A stretch of 64,000 nucleotides of DNA, from NCBI GenBank assembly GCA_040954595.2, contig CM082596.2, positions 11,276,454 to 11,340,453 on the forward strand, written 5' to 3'. The notes beneath the pieces were generated by a model. It saw only the letters and a list, made by a program, of their open reading frames with translations. It was not told the DNA's origin and searched no databases. The position numbers and the translations under genes were made by a program. Source of the DNA: Balanoglossus misakiensis (lineage: Eukaryota > Animalia > Hemichordata). Positions 1 through 12,939 of this stretch are shown here, piece after piece (the stretch's first letter is position 1; every line of letters starts with the position of its first letter).

Positions 1-239
1 ATAAAAAATTTCATCTGGGTGATAAACTATATAAGTCCACTGTTACTTGGGATTTGAAACTCAATGATAATTTTGTTAGTGATATTCTCATGTTGGATGA
101 CCTACAACACTTTGTATTCATTAATTCATTGCATAAGTAGAGGTGAAATATTTAAATAATAACACATGTTAGCGAGGGCAATATCATGATCTTTGGCCTG
201 CACAAGGGATGGTGATTGGAGTCAATTTTTTCCCCACAG

Positions 240-347
240 CAATCACTTGGTGCCATGTTTCAAAACTCACGCACTGTGGAGTTCCAGTTTATGAATAACA
301 GCCAGGAAGCATACATATCTCTCTTCAGAATAATGTCTGGAGGATTT
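240..347 (+). CDS. Possible isolated phase-0 host exon (QSLGAMFQNSRTVEFQFMNNSQEAYISLFRIMSGGF)
   Basis: Acceptor ttttttccccacAG, 108-bp open frame, donor GTAAGT; no recognisable domain. Confidence 0.3.
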
Positions 348-609
348 GTAAGTATTATCTTATAATTGCACTGTAAAATTAAAGGATCATGTCAATTGTA
401 CTGCCATGCACCTGCAACTGACACTTTACATATTAAAGGCCATTTTCTCAATCCCAGGGCAGAACAATGAAGACAAATAAGAAATCCTTTGTGTTCCGAA
501 CACTGTAAAAGGACAAAGGCACTTCACACGCAATAACAATGCCTTGACCTTACAAGTCATTTCACATTTAAATGCTCGACTTTGCATCACAAAGAATGAG
601 TCAACGTAC

Positions 610-869
610 CTGTAGGTTTCAAATAAATCTGTTTGAAAGACCAACCACACCGTCTCTGGGCAATTCCCTAACAAGAAACGCTGCACTTCGTCCACAGAAG
701 TGTTAGCCGTCAGTGGACTGAAACTTGACAGTCTCACATTGTTGTATAAAGGAAAGTAATTACGTGACTGAAACTTTTATCACGTGACCCTATTTGGCGG
801 GAAATGATCCTCCCTTGGGACAGCATATCACATGACTATCACATGGTTTATTTTGTAAACCGGGTTACA
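610..869 (-). repeat. 3' LTR, partial
   Basis: 658-869 near-identical to 11051-11262 (ends CCGGGTTACA); 610-641 matches 10974-11003; no match further left. Confidence 0.9.
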
Positions 870-880
870 CATTCCCCTCC
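870..880 (-). promoter_or_regulatory. Polypurine tract
   Basis: GGAGGGGAATG on the minus strand immediately before the 3' LTR start TGTAACCC. Confidence 0.8.
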
Positions 881-1425
881 AAAGCTTACACACTCCGGGT
901 GTAAGTATCAATTGGGCAGTGGTACATTCAAACAAATGTTAAATATAACTGCAGAACACTTTCAAACTACTTAACAAGAATACTTTCAAAGGGACTTTTT
1001 GCACAATTCCCCATCCCTCACCATGGGCGCCACTAATTCATGTTATTGTATGACATTGGTGCCTGTTTGGTTTCAAAATTTACAAGGGCATTATTGGCTA
1101 GCACACCCCCTCGGTCATAGGTCAATCGTTCAGCAGGTTTTCCGGCAGTTCGTCGCTTGGATCTTCTGACTGGAACAGGGGCTACGGGTGCTGTGTTACT
1201 CTCATCAACCAGGGCATCTTCTGGGGCAGTGACTGGATCTGGCAGCTCAGGTTCAAGCACACTTGGGACATCAGTTTCACATTTGTGTACAGATTCATGT
1301 ACTTCTGCTACATCAGTGTCCTCTTTGAACAACTGAGAAATACATCCATCATCAGGTTCTGAATCTGATTCTAACTGTGTTGTCGCAATGGCTCTCTCCT
1401 TGGCATATCTCCTGGTCACTGGTCT

Positions 1426-3660
1426 TCATAGTTCTGGTTCGGCTTCTACTGGCTCAGATGCAGACAAATACCCAACAGGAAGCAGCATATTCCTGTGCAA
1501 TGTCCGTTGGCTACCTTCCCCAGTTTCAGGCTTCACCACGTACACTGGCAGTTTCTCATCGTTTTTCTTCATCACAATATAGACATCAGGCTTCCATCGG
1601 TCAGCCAACTTCTGTTTGCCTATCAATCCAACATTGCGTACAAGAACTCTATCACCCACAAGGAGATCACTACTGCCACGGACTTTACTGTCATATCTCC
1701 GCTTGTTGGCAGCAGCGGACTTCTGGGCTTCACTTTCTGCCATCTTGTAGGCTCCTTTCAATCTCTGCTTCAAGTCCTCAACATACTGAAGGTAATCTTG
1801 GTGAGAATGCTCGTCTGGACTCACGCCAAAACACAGGTCAATGGGAAGTCTGGCTTCTCTCCCAAACATCAGGTAATATGGTGAGAACTGCGTGGATTCA
1901 TTCTTTGTGCAATTGTAAGCATGCACGAGGAAACTGATATGTTTGCTCCAATGCTGCTTCTCCTTAGCATCCAAAGTGCCAAGTAGGTTAAGGAGAACTC
2001 TGTTAAACCTCTCTGGCTGTGGGTTACCTTGAGGATGGTAGGGTGTTGTCCTAGACTTGCGTATGCCTGCCACTTTCAAGAGTTCTTTGATGAGTCGGCT
2101 TTCAAAACATCGACCTTGGTCACTATGGATACGGGCTGGTAGACCATATTGAACGAAAAACTTCTCCCATAGTACCTTGGCAACTGTCTTCGATTCTTGG
2201 TCTTTTGTCGTGTAGGCTTGGGCGTATCTGGTGTAGTGATCGGTAACTACTCGCACATTCTGGACATTGTGTCTATCAGCCTCAATAGTGAGGAAATCAA
2301 TGCATACTAGTTCCATAGGCGCACTGGAGAAAATGTTGACCAGTGGTGCAGTTCGCTGGGGTAACTGTTTTCGACGTACGCACTGGCTGCAAGTCTGGCA
2401 TTTCTTCTCAACATCGGTTCTCATTCTAGGCCAGTAAAATCTTGCTCTCATCAATTCAAATGTCTTGTCAATACCCATGTGACCCATGTCATCATGCAGT
2501 GCGCTCAACGCCTGGTCACAGTATTCGGTTGGTAATACCAGCTGGAAAGTCTCTAAACCTTGGCTGTCTCTTGTCTTGCGGTACAAAACTCTATCCATCA
2601 GGAAAAGTTTGCGTCGCTGTCTCAACAGAATTCGTACTTCATTTGGGAGTGATTTGAAGTCGGTCACTTTCTTCCCCGATTCCAAGTAGTCAATAACTCC
2701 TGCCAGGGTCTTATCCTCCCTCTGTAGCATGAACCAATCCTTGGACTTTGCCATGGTGGACAAATCAGTTCCTGGTGGGTATTCTTGGTAATATTCTTTC
2801 AGCTCATATGGCTCTGGGATGGCGGCAGCTGAGGTAGCAATGGTCTCGATCAACACTGGGAATCTTGCTGGTCTCTGGCTGTCTTTGTTTGTAGTTCCTG
2901 ATGAGGCAGTGCAGCCACACGAAAGTGCACTATGCTTACAAATGACATGTTGGGGGTATTCAATCACACCATGACTCATAGCGATGGCTCTGATCACGTC
3001 CCTAGTCATAACTTCATCAGGCTTCTGCACATCTCCATGTATCCGATCTTTCAGCTCTTGTATCCTCTGTTCAATACGTCGTGACTCCTGGTCATCTGGG
3101 GCCTCCGCATGTGGACGTCGGGACAGTGCATCCGCATCAATGTTGGCTCGGCCACTATGATACTGCAGGGTGAAATCATACGCTGCAAGGGCTGCCAGCC
3201 AACGATGTCCAGCTGCATCCAGTTTGGCGGTTGTCAGGACATACGTCAACGGGTTTTTATCGGTGGCAACTTTGAATTTTACGCCATATAGGTAGTAGTG
3301 AAACTTGTCTGTCACACACCACTTCAGAGCTAGGTATTCTAACTTGTGTACAGGATATCTCTTCTCACTCTTCGTAAGACCTCTACTGGCGTAGGCCACT
3401 GGCTTCAGCAGGTCTCCATGTTGCTGATACAACACGCCACCAAGTCCATCCAGACTAGCATCTGTATGTAATACAAAGGGTAGGGACAAATCGGCAAAGG
3501 CCAATACTGGTGCGTGAGTCAACAGGTCAATGATCCGATCCATGGCTTGTTGGCATTCCGGCGTCCATTTGCTCCCAAACGGCTCTGTAGCACTTCGGTA
3601 TGGTATGCCATTGTCGTCCCTGTACTTTCCAAATTTCTTCCTCAACTTTGGGGGTACATA
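1426..3660 (-). pseudogene. pol: Gypsy pol C-terminal part: RT connection, RNase H, integrase
   Basis: LHTDASLDGLGGVL and KLEYLALKWCV (RNase H); HDDMGH...CSQC zinc finger; CIDF, HSDQG, PERFNR integrase DDE motifs. Confidence 0.95.
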
Positions 3661-6481
3661 CAGTCCCAACAGAACAGAACAACTATTTGTACATTTCTGA
3701 ATACGGCAAGTAGTACGTCAACCCTACGGGAACCCCTACGGGAACTATTGTTAGTTGTAGCAGAGTTTGCTGCAACAATTGTCTAAGGCCCATTTCCTTT
3801 TGTTACATTTCCGTAAAAACTACGGCAACTCCTTTACGGCAAGCCATTAACAAGGGAAGCTTAACACCTCTACCGGTAAATACTGCTGCAACACCTGTCA
3901 ATTAGCCCCCACAGAGTGATGCCTTTTGTTCAAGGTGTTGATTATTTTGCTACAACTAGAGTGATTGACAGGTCTAGAACTAGAGTGCAACATTTTTGCA
4001 ACAGGTCACTGCAACATTGTATCACAAAGTTTACAAAAGAAGCTCTGTCTAAAAATAAAATGGCAAAGGGCTGACATCAAATACCAATGAAGTCAGTTTT
4101 GGAATGATGTTATGTTCATCGACAAAGTCTGAACTCTCTTGGTAACAGAACAGTCTGTAGACATGAACAGAGGTCAACACATCCCTACCCCAGTGTTGTA
4201 GAATGCACATGTTTTGCTGGGGTTTCTTTTCTTTCAAGGAGCTGGACCAATTAATATTTGAGAGATACAGCATGACCAATGGAAAATCAAACACAATGAC
4301 GCATTTCACAATTGGGTTTAGCTTAAAAGACATTGGCTTTCATTTTTTTTTCACCTGCTGCCCCCCCCCCCTTACATGAAGACCCTGATAATAAATAGTA
4401 GGCTTGTTTACAAAATAATGTTGGCCTGCAGTACCACGATCCGCTGCAGTTTGATCTTTAGAACAGACAAGTTTTGAAAGTCTTGACTATAAATTTGAAG
4501 GGTTTCATAAGTAGTAATGGTCTGTATTATTTCAATATTCTATTATTACGGCAATGGATATACACACATTTTCCGACGGGCAGTGCTTGAACATGATGGG
4601 AAGTGACTGGCAGCAATTAGTTGGCCGGTTTGGGATGAATGACCTACATGTTTACTCATTATATATTCACGCAATTTGTTTAGTCTAAGCAAGCCCCTGC
4701 ACTTGGCAGAATTTGGATACAATTTGCCTGTCAATCATTGTCTGGCTACCTCTTGCCCCCAAAGTCCGCGCCTGATAAAATACATTCAATGAGCGACCTT
4801 TATATCCAGACAGAGAGGGGGTGGCCGCAGTGAATGAATTGATGGTAAGTTTCAAATTCACATGTAAAATTTTAACATTTTCTGTTCAAATCCAGCCAGT
4901 TCAATGTATTGTTTAATCAACATTCCTGAAATAAAAAAGTTGACAACAAAGTGATTACTACGAGCGGGCATGCATGACAATATTGATAGCTGAACTTTCA
5001 ACAAAATACACTGGTATAGTGGTTTAGTCCAAATGCGTCTTTGTCAAGCTCTCGGGTGCGTGAATATTCATGAGAAACTTATTACTGCGAACGTACATTC
5101 ACAACGTGAAACTAGTCCTATTATTTCAGAGCACTTGCCAAATGGTCAAATCATGGTGGTAAAAGATGAGTGGCCGGCAAGACCGGGCCTAGACGTCCTC
5201 CACCTGTGTCAAACGGCTTTTGATGTGAATAATACTTTGCATAAATTACGAGGTCAACATGTGTGGTAGTGCCGGTAGTATCGATCGATCGACCTGGTAA
5301 AAAGATGAGCGGCTAGACGTCCTGCTGCCGTGTCTAACGGCTTTTGACGTGAATAATAATTTGAATAAATTACGAGGTCAACATGTGGCCGATTTCATCA
5401 TGTAAATAAAAAGCACATGGGTCCAAAAGTTTCAGGCACTCTGATATGCATAGTGGTGTCAGAGGTGTTTCCCACACCAAAACTTAGAAGACAGTCATTT
5501 CAATTACGGCCCCCTGCCAAACTCAACACATGCGCACAAAATGGAACTGCAACTTTATTCACAAATCTGCAGAATTCTAGTGCAAAAAACAGACAAACTC
5601 AAAATACACATCGCACCATGGTTCACTCTGAATTATTTGGACTTTCACTGGGCCATGTCTCTGCTTGATAGTGTCAGGTTTGCAACACATTGTTGCCAAA
5701 TTTACACACATTGACAAGGTAATCAAAACAACAGGTGTTTTATTACTCAGGGTATCACTAATGCCAGGGAGGTCCGTCTGCGTCTATTTGGTCACCAGCA
5801 TGGCACACGTCCTGTAATTATAATTGCTGTTTTGAGTGCGTCTTTACCTAATTTGAATATCCTGATCAGGTTGTTGGCCTTGCCCTAGTTGTCTCAAAAT
5901 GTACATTGATACAAACAATTGCAACATATTAGTCAATACCCTGCCAACTTACGCCAAGTGTACATGTTGTTATGGAAGTTTATTTTTAGAACCGCTTGCG
6001 TTCTGCATAGGTCACAACACAAAACTTTGAAGCCCGTCAGCTAGCCCTGCATAGCGTATGTAAAGCTACTGAGACAGGGGAAATATTAGTAAGGTTGACA
6101 ACTGACTTGCTCGCTATCGAGATTTAGAAGGAATTTATTTGCTTAGTGAGGCCGGGACATTAATTGCCCCCAACCAAGCAAAATCCACGTGGGTGGAGCT
6201 CATTATCACACATAGACATTGCTACAACTATTGTTCACATCAGGGTGATAATCACCTCCCCATTAGCCCTTCTTGCCGTAACACCTGCCCCAAATTGCCG
6301 TAATGGAGCACACATTCTTTTGTTTCAAACTACGGGAACCTTTGTAGTTGCCGTAAACTAAGACAAAAAACATCAATTAACCAACAAAAGAGGTGTTGCC
6401 GTAACATCTCTGCTACAACACTGCTACAACTAGTGCGGGAACTTTCCCGTACAGTTTAGTTGTTGTACGGTGTTGGGACTG
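3661..6481. mobile_element. Non-autonomous TIR DNA transposon with TA TSD, inserted in Gypsy pol
   Basis: TA|CAGTCCCAACA...TGTTGGGACTG|TA; removal restores pol reading TAG-YVPPK; subterminal TACGG(C/G)AAC and GTTGTAGCAG repeats; no transposase ORF. Confidence 0.9.
5157..5388. repeat. Imperfect direct repeat (two ~100-bp units) inside the TA element
   Basis: ggtaaaa(a)gatgag...ctagacgtcct...aacggcttttga.gtgaataat...taaattacgaggtcaacatgtg occurs twice. Confidence 0.8.
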
Positions 6482-7176
6482 TATCCTGCAGTCAGATCAT
6501 TCAAGGGTCTAACTATTTGTGCATAGTTCTCCACAAAGCGTCGGTAGTAACCGGTGAATCCCAAGATATTCTTTGGGGTGGGCCATGTCTTCAGGGCTTC
6601 TATTTTTGTAGGGTCTGGACTCACTCCATTCTCGTCTACCTTGTGGCCAATATAGGTGACTGTCTTCTGGAAAAGTTGGCATTTCTCAGGGGATAATTTC
6701 AACCCATACTCGCTTAATCTGTCCAGCACTTTCATAAGCCGGTCCCCAGCTTCATTCAAGTCACGGCCAAATATGATCAGGTCATCAAAATAAATCAACA
6801 GCTCGATCAGGTGCATGTCACTCATACACTTTTCCATCAATCTCTGGAACGTGGCAGGTGCACCAGTAATCCCCTGGGGCATCCGTTCAAATTGATAGAA
6901 ACCCAGTGGACATATGAAAGCAGTTTTGTCCTTGTCTTCCTCAGCCATGGGGATCTGGTAGTAACCGGATTTCAGATCCAACACATGGAACCACGAGCAT
7001 CCATTTAGGCAGTCTAACGCCTCCTGGATCTTGGGCACAGTGTACTGATCGGGTATGGTTCGGGCATTCAAGGTCCGGTAGTCCACGCACATCCGTATGG
7101 AACCATTCTTCTTCCGCACTAGTACTATGGGGGACGCATATGGGCTTTTTGACTCACTGATAATTCCAGCCTCCAA
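6482..7176 (-). pseudogene. pol: Gypsy reverse transcriptase
   Basis: SPYASPIVLVRKK, CVDYRTLN, LDLKSGYYQI, RMPQGITGAPATFQR, catalytic YFDD. Confidence 0.95.
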
Positions 7177-7239
7177 CAGTTCCTGTATGTGGCGCTTGGC
7201 ATCATAGAAATCAGAAGGGGTTATACGTCTGGACCTCTC

Positions 7240-8285
7240 TCAGAATGGGGTTGCATCGCTCAGTGGAATGTGGTGTTCAACTGCAGGCGTACAACCGACG
7301 TCCCAATCATGCTGAGAGAACACGTGCATTCGTTTCTTCAGTTTCTCGTTTATCCTGACCTTGTCTTCGTACGTAAGCGGTGAGTCACCAAAGTCCACAA
7401 CAAATTCACTATCCCCACTACCGTCTGTAGCCACTTCAGCATCTCTGGCTTGTACTGGGCAACTTCGGCACTGGCTATTCCCCTCCAAACTGTCATCTTC
7501 CTCTTGCTTTGGTTTGAGTTCATCCGGTTGCATGGGTCTCACCCATTCAGGCAAGTACAAGTCAGCCACTACTCGCTTCGGTCTCAGGGTTATATGATGT
7601 CCTGTCTCATTGTGCACAATCACTTTCACTCTTCTGCGACCTCTGGGGTTAAACGTGGTGACACTGCTCTTGACTATCAGTCCTCCTGGTAACTGGTTTT
7701 CCAGTGGAGGTTCAACCAAAACTGTCGTTTCGGGTAGTCCTGGCCTTCCCCATCCTATACATCTAATAGACATTGTCTGTCCACTGGGAATAGTGATGGG
7801 CTTCCCGCCAGCCACTCGCACCGAGGTGATCCGGCCGTCCACACCACACTTCTCAACAGCCTCTATTCTCCGGTAAGCTTCAGCAAAATGGCTGTTTATT
7901 GTCAATTTCTTCACATAATTTCTTCCGGCAGCAGCCTTGCAATGACTGGCCATGTTTCTGAATACACTGGTATTGGTTCCACAAATTACTGGAAGCTTTT
8001 TGCTTTGTTCACGGTCGGGTTAATCAGTGCTAATGCCTCACAAGTCTCCTCCACTCCAGCCACTTCTCTTGGGAAACACACAGACACTTGAATGTATCCA
8101 TAGTATGGAACCACTTGATCACCAGCACCTCGTACTACCAAATCATCGATTGAGTTGAGTTTGCAATGTGACAAATGTTCCTTGTAGAAAGAATGGGTAA
8201 TGAGTGTGACCTGCGAGCCACTATCCAGCAGGCAGTTGCATCTGACACCTCCAACGAAAACTTCAGCAGTCATACTTTCTCCCAC
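7240..8285 (-). pseudogene. pol: Gypsy aspartic protease and PR-RT spacer (frameshifted)
   Basis: CLLDSGSQVTLI protease motif (ORF 7986-8285); spacer ORF 7240-7953 ends DVGCTPAVEHHIPL, the usual pre-RT motif. Confidence 0.9.
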
Positions 8286-8416
8286 AAGCCCATCTGGTAA
8301 TGGTTTGTCTGCTGCTGATGGGTTCGTCTCTAAAACATGTCCCTCCTTCTCTTTCTTTTCTTCTATCGTATTCCTATCAGATTTCCTTTGGGGGCTATTC
8401 TCAGTATGGACACCCT

Positions 8417-10207
8417 CTACTGGGGGTGTCCCTGGTAGTTTCCCTTCAACTCGAAAAACAGTTTGGCAAACTTCTGCTTGACAAATTGTAAGTTAGGGCT
8501 GCTTTTATTCGGACATCGCTTCTCTGGGTGTCCATCTTGACCGCAAGTGAAACAAAAAGAGGCGCCCTGGAGTGTAGCTTTTATAGATGATGGCGAGTTG
8601 GTTGTTTCCATGGCAACAGGGGTAGTTTCAGGTGTCGGCTGAGTGGGCTGGCTCACTACAACACTCTGTTGTGGTCTACGGTTTCTATCTCTCCTCCTTG
8701 GTTCCCTATTTGACACTGGGGCAGTGGCGACTGGTGGAGTACTGGGTTGGCTGGCTGCTGCGGGGACGGCCACATGCTGCATTAGGTTATCCATCTTCTG
8801 TAATAGCTGCTGTATCAGTGGACTTTCTGTAGCGGGTGTCGTACCAGTGGTCATACTGGCATTGGCCTCAAAACCTTGAAGCATATTCATCTGGCTATCA
8901 ACGGTGTTTCTCACTGTTTTCTGTGCCCGTTTCTGTGCTTTTCTTGCTTGTCGTGCCTCCTCCTGTCTAACCTCTTGAATCAGTTCAACAAAGCTTGGAG
9001 GGTTGGTCAGTCGATCTCTGAGCCGCAATGATGACAAGTGGTCTTCATTGTAAAGTACTCCCTTCAGAAACTGGTCAAGGCAATAATAATCGGCCTTCTC
9101 TGTATCTATGCTCCCCTTCAGTACTGCTCGACGAAGCAACTTCTGCAGTCTTCGTAAGTACTCTGAATGGGACCACGTTTCTTCCTGTGTGAATGTTCGG
9201 AATGAATGCAGTGCTTCATCTGGTGTTTCCGTGGAGCCAAACACACTTTCCAATGCACGGAGGTAATCTTTGGCAGTGCTCTCTCCCTGTGGCAATGCAC
9301 GGATTGTGCTGAGAGCATCCCCGGACAAACTCTCCGCAATTCGTTTCTTTTTCTCACTTTCTGTACAGTCCCACTCTGCAATCATCTGGTCAGCTTGCTC
9401 TGCCCAACTTTCATAGTCGTCCCCATTGGATTGCACAGGCTGTTTCCCTGAGAATGACTTCAGCTTACGGTATCTAGTGTTCTCTGTGGGTTTTGTCTGC
9501 AGGTTGGCCAGCAAACGTTCCATCATTTGTACGTATGCAGTGTCACCTTCACCTTGGGATGGAGTATTAGGTGGCGTGGCGCTCTCAAACACTGGTGGAG
9601 TTCCCATGTTTGGCGGTATAGTCGGCGCAACATACGGTGACTGTGGACTTCTCAGGTGTGTGCTCTTACCCTTGCTGTGAGATCCAACAGTTGGCGGTAA
9701 CGACATGGTGTCTCCTTTGGTGGCACGTTAGTCCTCAATCTCTTTTGCCAACACATCCCTCATTCTGCTTCCCCTTCCACTGTGTCTTCGGTCGGTTGTC
9801 AAAGATCTGCCCCTCATACCAAGGCAAGTGGCTCCCAGGGAAATATCTTCATCCACCTGTTGAGGGCGCTGCTTCCGCTTGACCTTGACCGAAAGGGTTG
9901 ACTTTGCTTTGGGTAACAAGGCAGGCAAAATGATAGTATAACTAGACCCAGCGTTAAATTCAAACATATGAAATGCTGTATCAATCTTCCCATTACCAAT
10001 GGGGCACCCTAGCATCATGACTGTGGGCTCTTGCAAAATATCAACAATATGAATTTCAGTGATACAATTTTTGAAATCCTTTTCTACAATGTCAACCAAT
10101 TCAGATAATGCATATTTCCCTTTGTTGGAAAATCGGATAATCACCGCATTCTCCAAATCAATTCTGTTTTCCCGACACCAAGCGTGAAAATCCTCCCTAC
10201 TTTCCAT
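8417..10207 (-). pseudogene. gag: Gypsy gag, PNMA/Ma-like, split into two ORFs (9728-10207 and 8417-9706)
   Basis: WCRENRIDLENAVII resembles the PNMA N-terminus; YRKLKSFSG...YESW...EKKKRIAESLSGDA capsid motif; CFTCGQDGHPEKRC CCHC knuckle. Confidence 0.88.
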
Positions 10208-10418
10208 GCTTGTAAAGTCTTAGGGATGGATGAAAAACAATTACCCAGAATGCAATACAATGCTAATAATAATGAGGTTGGTCTTTCACTTTTAAACTAT
10301 TACCAAAGTCAAAATATTTATCTACATACAGGTACAATAGCAATACACTGCATAAATTTGCGCGATATCCAATCCACAAAGTATAGTATGTATGTATATT
10401 AACACACAACCACACCAC

Positions 10419-10436
10419 ATCCCGGACGAGCCCCCA
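10419..10436 (-). promoter_or_regulatory. Primer binding site, tRNA-Pro
   Basis: TGGGGGCTCGTCCGGGAT (minus strand), 4 nt after the 5' LTR; complementary to the tRNA-Pro 3' end. Confidence 0.92.
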
Positions 10437-10440
10437 CTTT

Positions 10441-11262
10441 TGTAACCCAGAGTTTGATTTGGTTATTCACAACACAAGTCAACACTACGCGGACCGAGTT
10501 CATTCAAGGTCAACAACAAGAACAGATATCGCACAAATTGTTAGCAGTCAACGGTATTTCTATTTTATTGTTATAATAACTAGAGAACTATCTAACTGAA
10601 ATATTGGTCGCTTTACAATGATCGAAACACTGAATAAATGACTTGCATAGAAATCCACTAGTCCACAGTGTTATCACTGAATTACTAGTAAGTCCAGTGT
10701 TCATCAAAACAGAAACCCTACAGTCTATTCAACTTAGCTGTTCCGCTAAACTGCGAATAAGTGATGATACGGAGCTGGCTGTGTCAACGTCGTAAATCGG
10801 TCCCTGGCAACCGGCGAGTCCTGGCCTGTGTTGTCATGATCTACGTTGCAGACGAGTATCCCTCCACACACGCAACGGGTATTTTCCTATACACACGCAC
10901 GCATCTAGGGCTTCCCACTCGGGCTTGCAATAGTGTACAATCCACAGTTCCGAATTCAACATTCAGCACAGTTCTGTAGGTTTCAAATAAATCTGTTTGA
11001 AAGACATCTGATTTTGTAAACAAACATGAGAAGGCTAGGGCAAGTCCCTAGGGCAAGTCCCTAACAAGAAACGCTGCACTTCGTCCACAGAAGTGTTAGC
11101 CGTCAGTGGACTGAAACTTGACAGTCTCACATTGTTGTATAAAGGAAAGTCATTACGTGACTGAAACTTTTATCACGTGACCCTATTTGGCGGGAAATGA
11201 TCATCCCTTGGGACAGCATATCACATGACTATCACATGGTTTATTTTGTAAACCGGGTTACA
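10441..11262 (-). repeat. 5' LTR, 822 bp
   Basis: TGTAACCC...GGGTTACA terminal inverted repeats; adjacent to the PBS. Confidence 0.93.
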
Positions 11263-11596
11263 TAAAGTTTGGTTGAACTCAAACGCCTCAAGTCCAGTTG
11301 ACCATCTCACACTTCTGGCACTGGTGGGATTCAAACCAACTCCATCAAAATGACTGCAGGTGCCTAAAACCGCTTGACTGTAGGACATAAATGCCTGACA
11401 GTGATATAACTATGTTATAATGTTACATCGACAATATATATTAAGTTTGGGGATATTTTGTCTCAAATGATTATCCCCATCTTGTTATAAATCTGAGCCC
11501 AGGTGTCTTTGGTGTGAGATTCCAGTAGTCAAGAGTAGGCTTATCTTGAATAATGTAATGCTTGTAAATAATTTCTAATTTCTTCTTACCCTCCAG

Positions 11597-11719
11597 ATAT
11601 GACTGAATGTCACAGTGGTGGAAATGCATGTCAACACTGTTGTCAGAATACCCATGGTAGTTATCTCTGCGCTTGCAGACCAGGATTCTATCTGCTGGAA
11701 GATGGCCATGCATGTGGCG
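11597..11719 (+). CDS. Calcium-binding EGF exon (phase 1-1): DMTECHSGGNACQHCCQNTHGSYLCACRPGFYLLEDGHACG
   Basis: ccctccAG / GT splice sites, 123 bp, cbEGF consensus D-x-x-EC...C-x-N-T-x-G-S-Y-x-C-x-C. Confidence 0.88.
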
Positions 11720-11736
11720 GTATGTAACTGTGGATT

Positions 11737-11996
11737 TTGGTCTCTTCTGTGGCTACATTGTTTGGGGATTGTATATTGCTATGGTTACAATCAGCTAAAC
11801 ATTGGTCTCTTCTGTGGCTACATTGTTTGGGGATTGTATATTGCTATGGTTACAATCAGCTAAACATTGGTCTCTTCTGTGGCTACATTGTTTGGGGATT
11901 GTATATTGCTATGGTTACAATCAGCTAAACATTGGTCTCTTCTGTGGCTACACTGTTTGGGGATTGCATATTGCTATGGTTACAATCAGCTAAACA
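11737..11996. repeat. 65-bp minisatellite, 4 copies
   Basis: ttggtctcttctgtggctacattgtttggggattgtatattgctatggttacaatcagctaaaca x4. Confidence 0.97.
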
Positions 11997-12939
11997 CACA
12001 TCCTGTCTTTCCATTGCACACATTTTAAAATTTGAAATCAACCGCACACTCGTACTGAACACATGTTTGTTGAAATTGTATCTTAGAATTTTTCCAATTA
12101 CAATTATGCATAATATAAACAAATTAACAAATGTGAAAACTTATCTTTGAAAATGTGTTTGCAAGGGTGAAAAAGTAATCTGTATTTTAAAAATCAGACA
12201 GAGTTTTGCTGACAAGGTACACAAGTTTCAGGGGATTTTGGAGAGAGTGTTAAAATTCCTAGGAAGAGATTGCCATGGATATTGAGGACTTTGGTGTAAA
12301 CACAATTAATTGATCAAGAAATATGTGGTTAAGAATATGTGTCATCAACCTCACACGACACTATAAGACTGTCTGATATATTCATGTACAAGTATTTTCA
12401 CTACTTATTTGCATAATTCAATGAAATTAACATAAATTATCAACCTATAGCTAAGTAAATTACCTCTGCAAAGAATAAATATGCACTTAGAAAATTCATA
12501 TAGTTTTCATCTCATTTTAAAGACATTACAAAATGCTTCTCTGAGGGTACAGTAATTTTTAACGGGCATATTCTTGATAACTCATCACCATGAATGATCA
12601 TTTCAAAACTTAACAAGGCATATGGCTAAAGAGGATTCAGTGTTTGTGCACCTTCTATCCACAATGCTGGATCTATTGACAGTTTTCAAAGGGGTTTTTA
12701 AGACTCGTCCTTTTATTCAGCACTATTTCATTCCATTGCTTTTTTGGTTTATAGGGATTGTCTTTCAGAACTGTTTCTGTTTGTTTGGGGTTTTTAAGTG
12801 TAATTTTTATCCTTTAAGCTTTCACTTGTTTTCTAATTTTATTATTTTCTGTAGAAAATGCACTGAGATGTATGTGTATTACATTTGTTAGGAAATAAAT
12901 AATAATAAATTTATTAATAATAACTATCTTTGATTTCAG

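Larger units (their letters stand above)
610..11262 (-). mobile_element. Ty3/Gypsy LTR retrotransposon, degenerate (PNMA-type gag, PR-RT-RH-IN order)
   Basis: Two LTR copies, tRNA-Pro PBS, PPT, gag and pol fragments in Gypsy order; several frameshifts and a nested DNA transposon. Confidence 0.95.

Noticed and set aside
1033-1419. env-like third ORF after integrase
   Set aside because: Acidic/Pro-rich with RRSKR..KPAERL, typical of the frameshifted integrase C-terminal tail; no signal peptide or transmembrane segment.
1377-3786. Plus-strand ORFs overlapping Gypsy pol (similar ones over gag and the LINEs)
   Set aside because: Antisense shadows of real coding sequence, with no motifs.
7240-7953. 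dUTPase or extra gene between protease and RT
   Set aside because: Beta-rich spacer common in this Gypsy group; canonical dUTPase catalytic motifs are not recognisable.
10419-10436. tRNA gene
   Set aside because: Only the 18-nt 3' end including CCA next to an LTR, so it is a primer binding site.
11737-11996. Repeated short ORFs (MVSSVATLFG...)
   Set aside because: Translation of a 65-bp intronic minisatellite.
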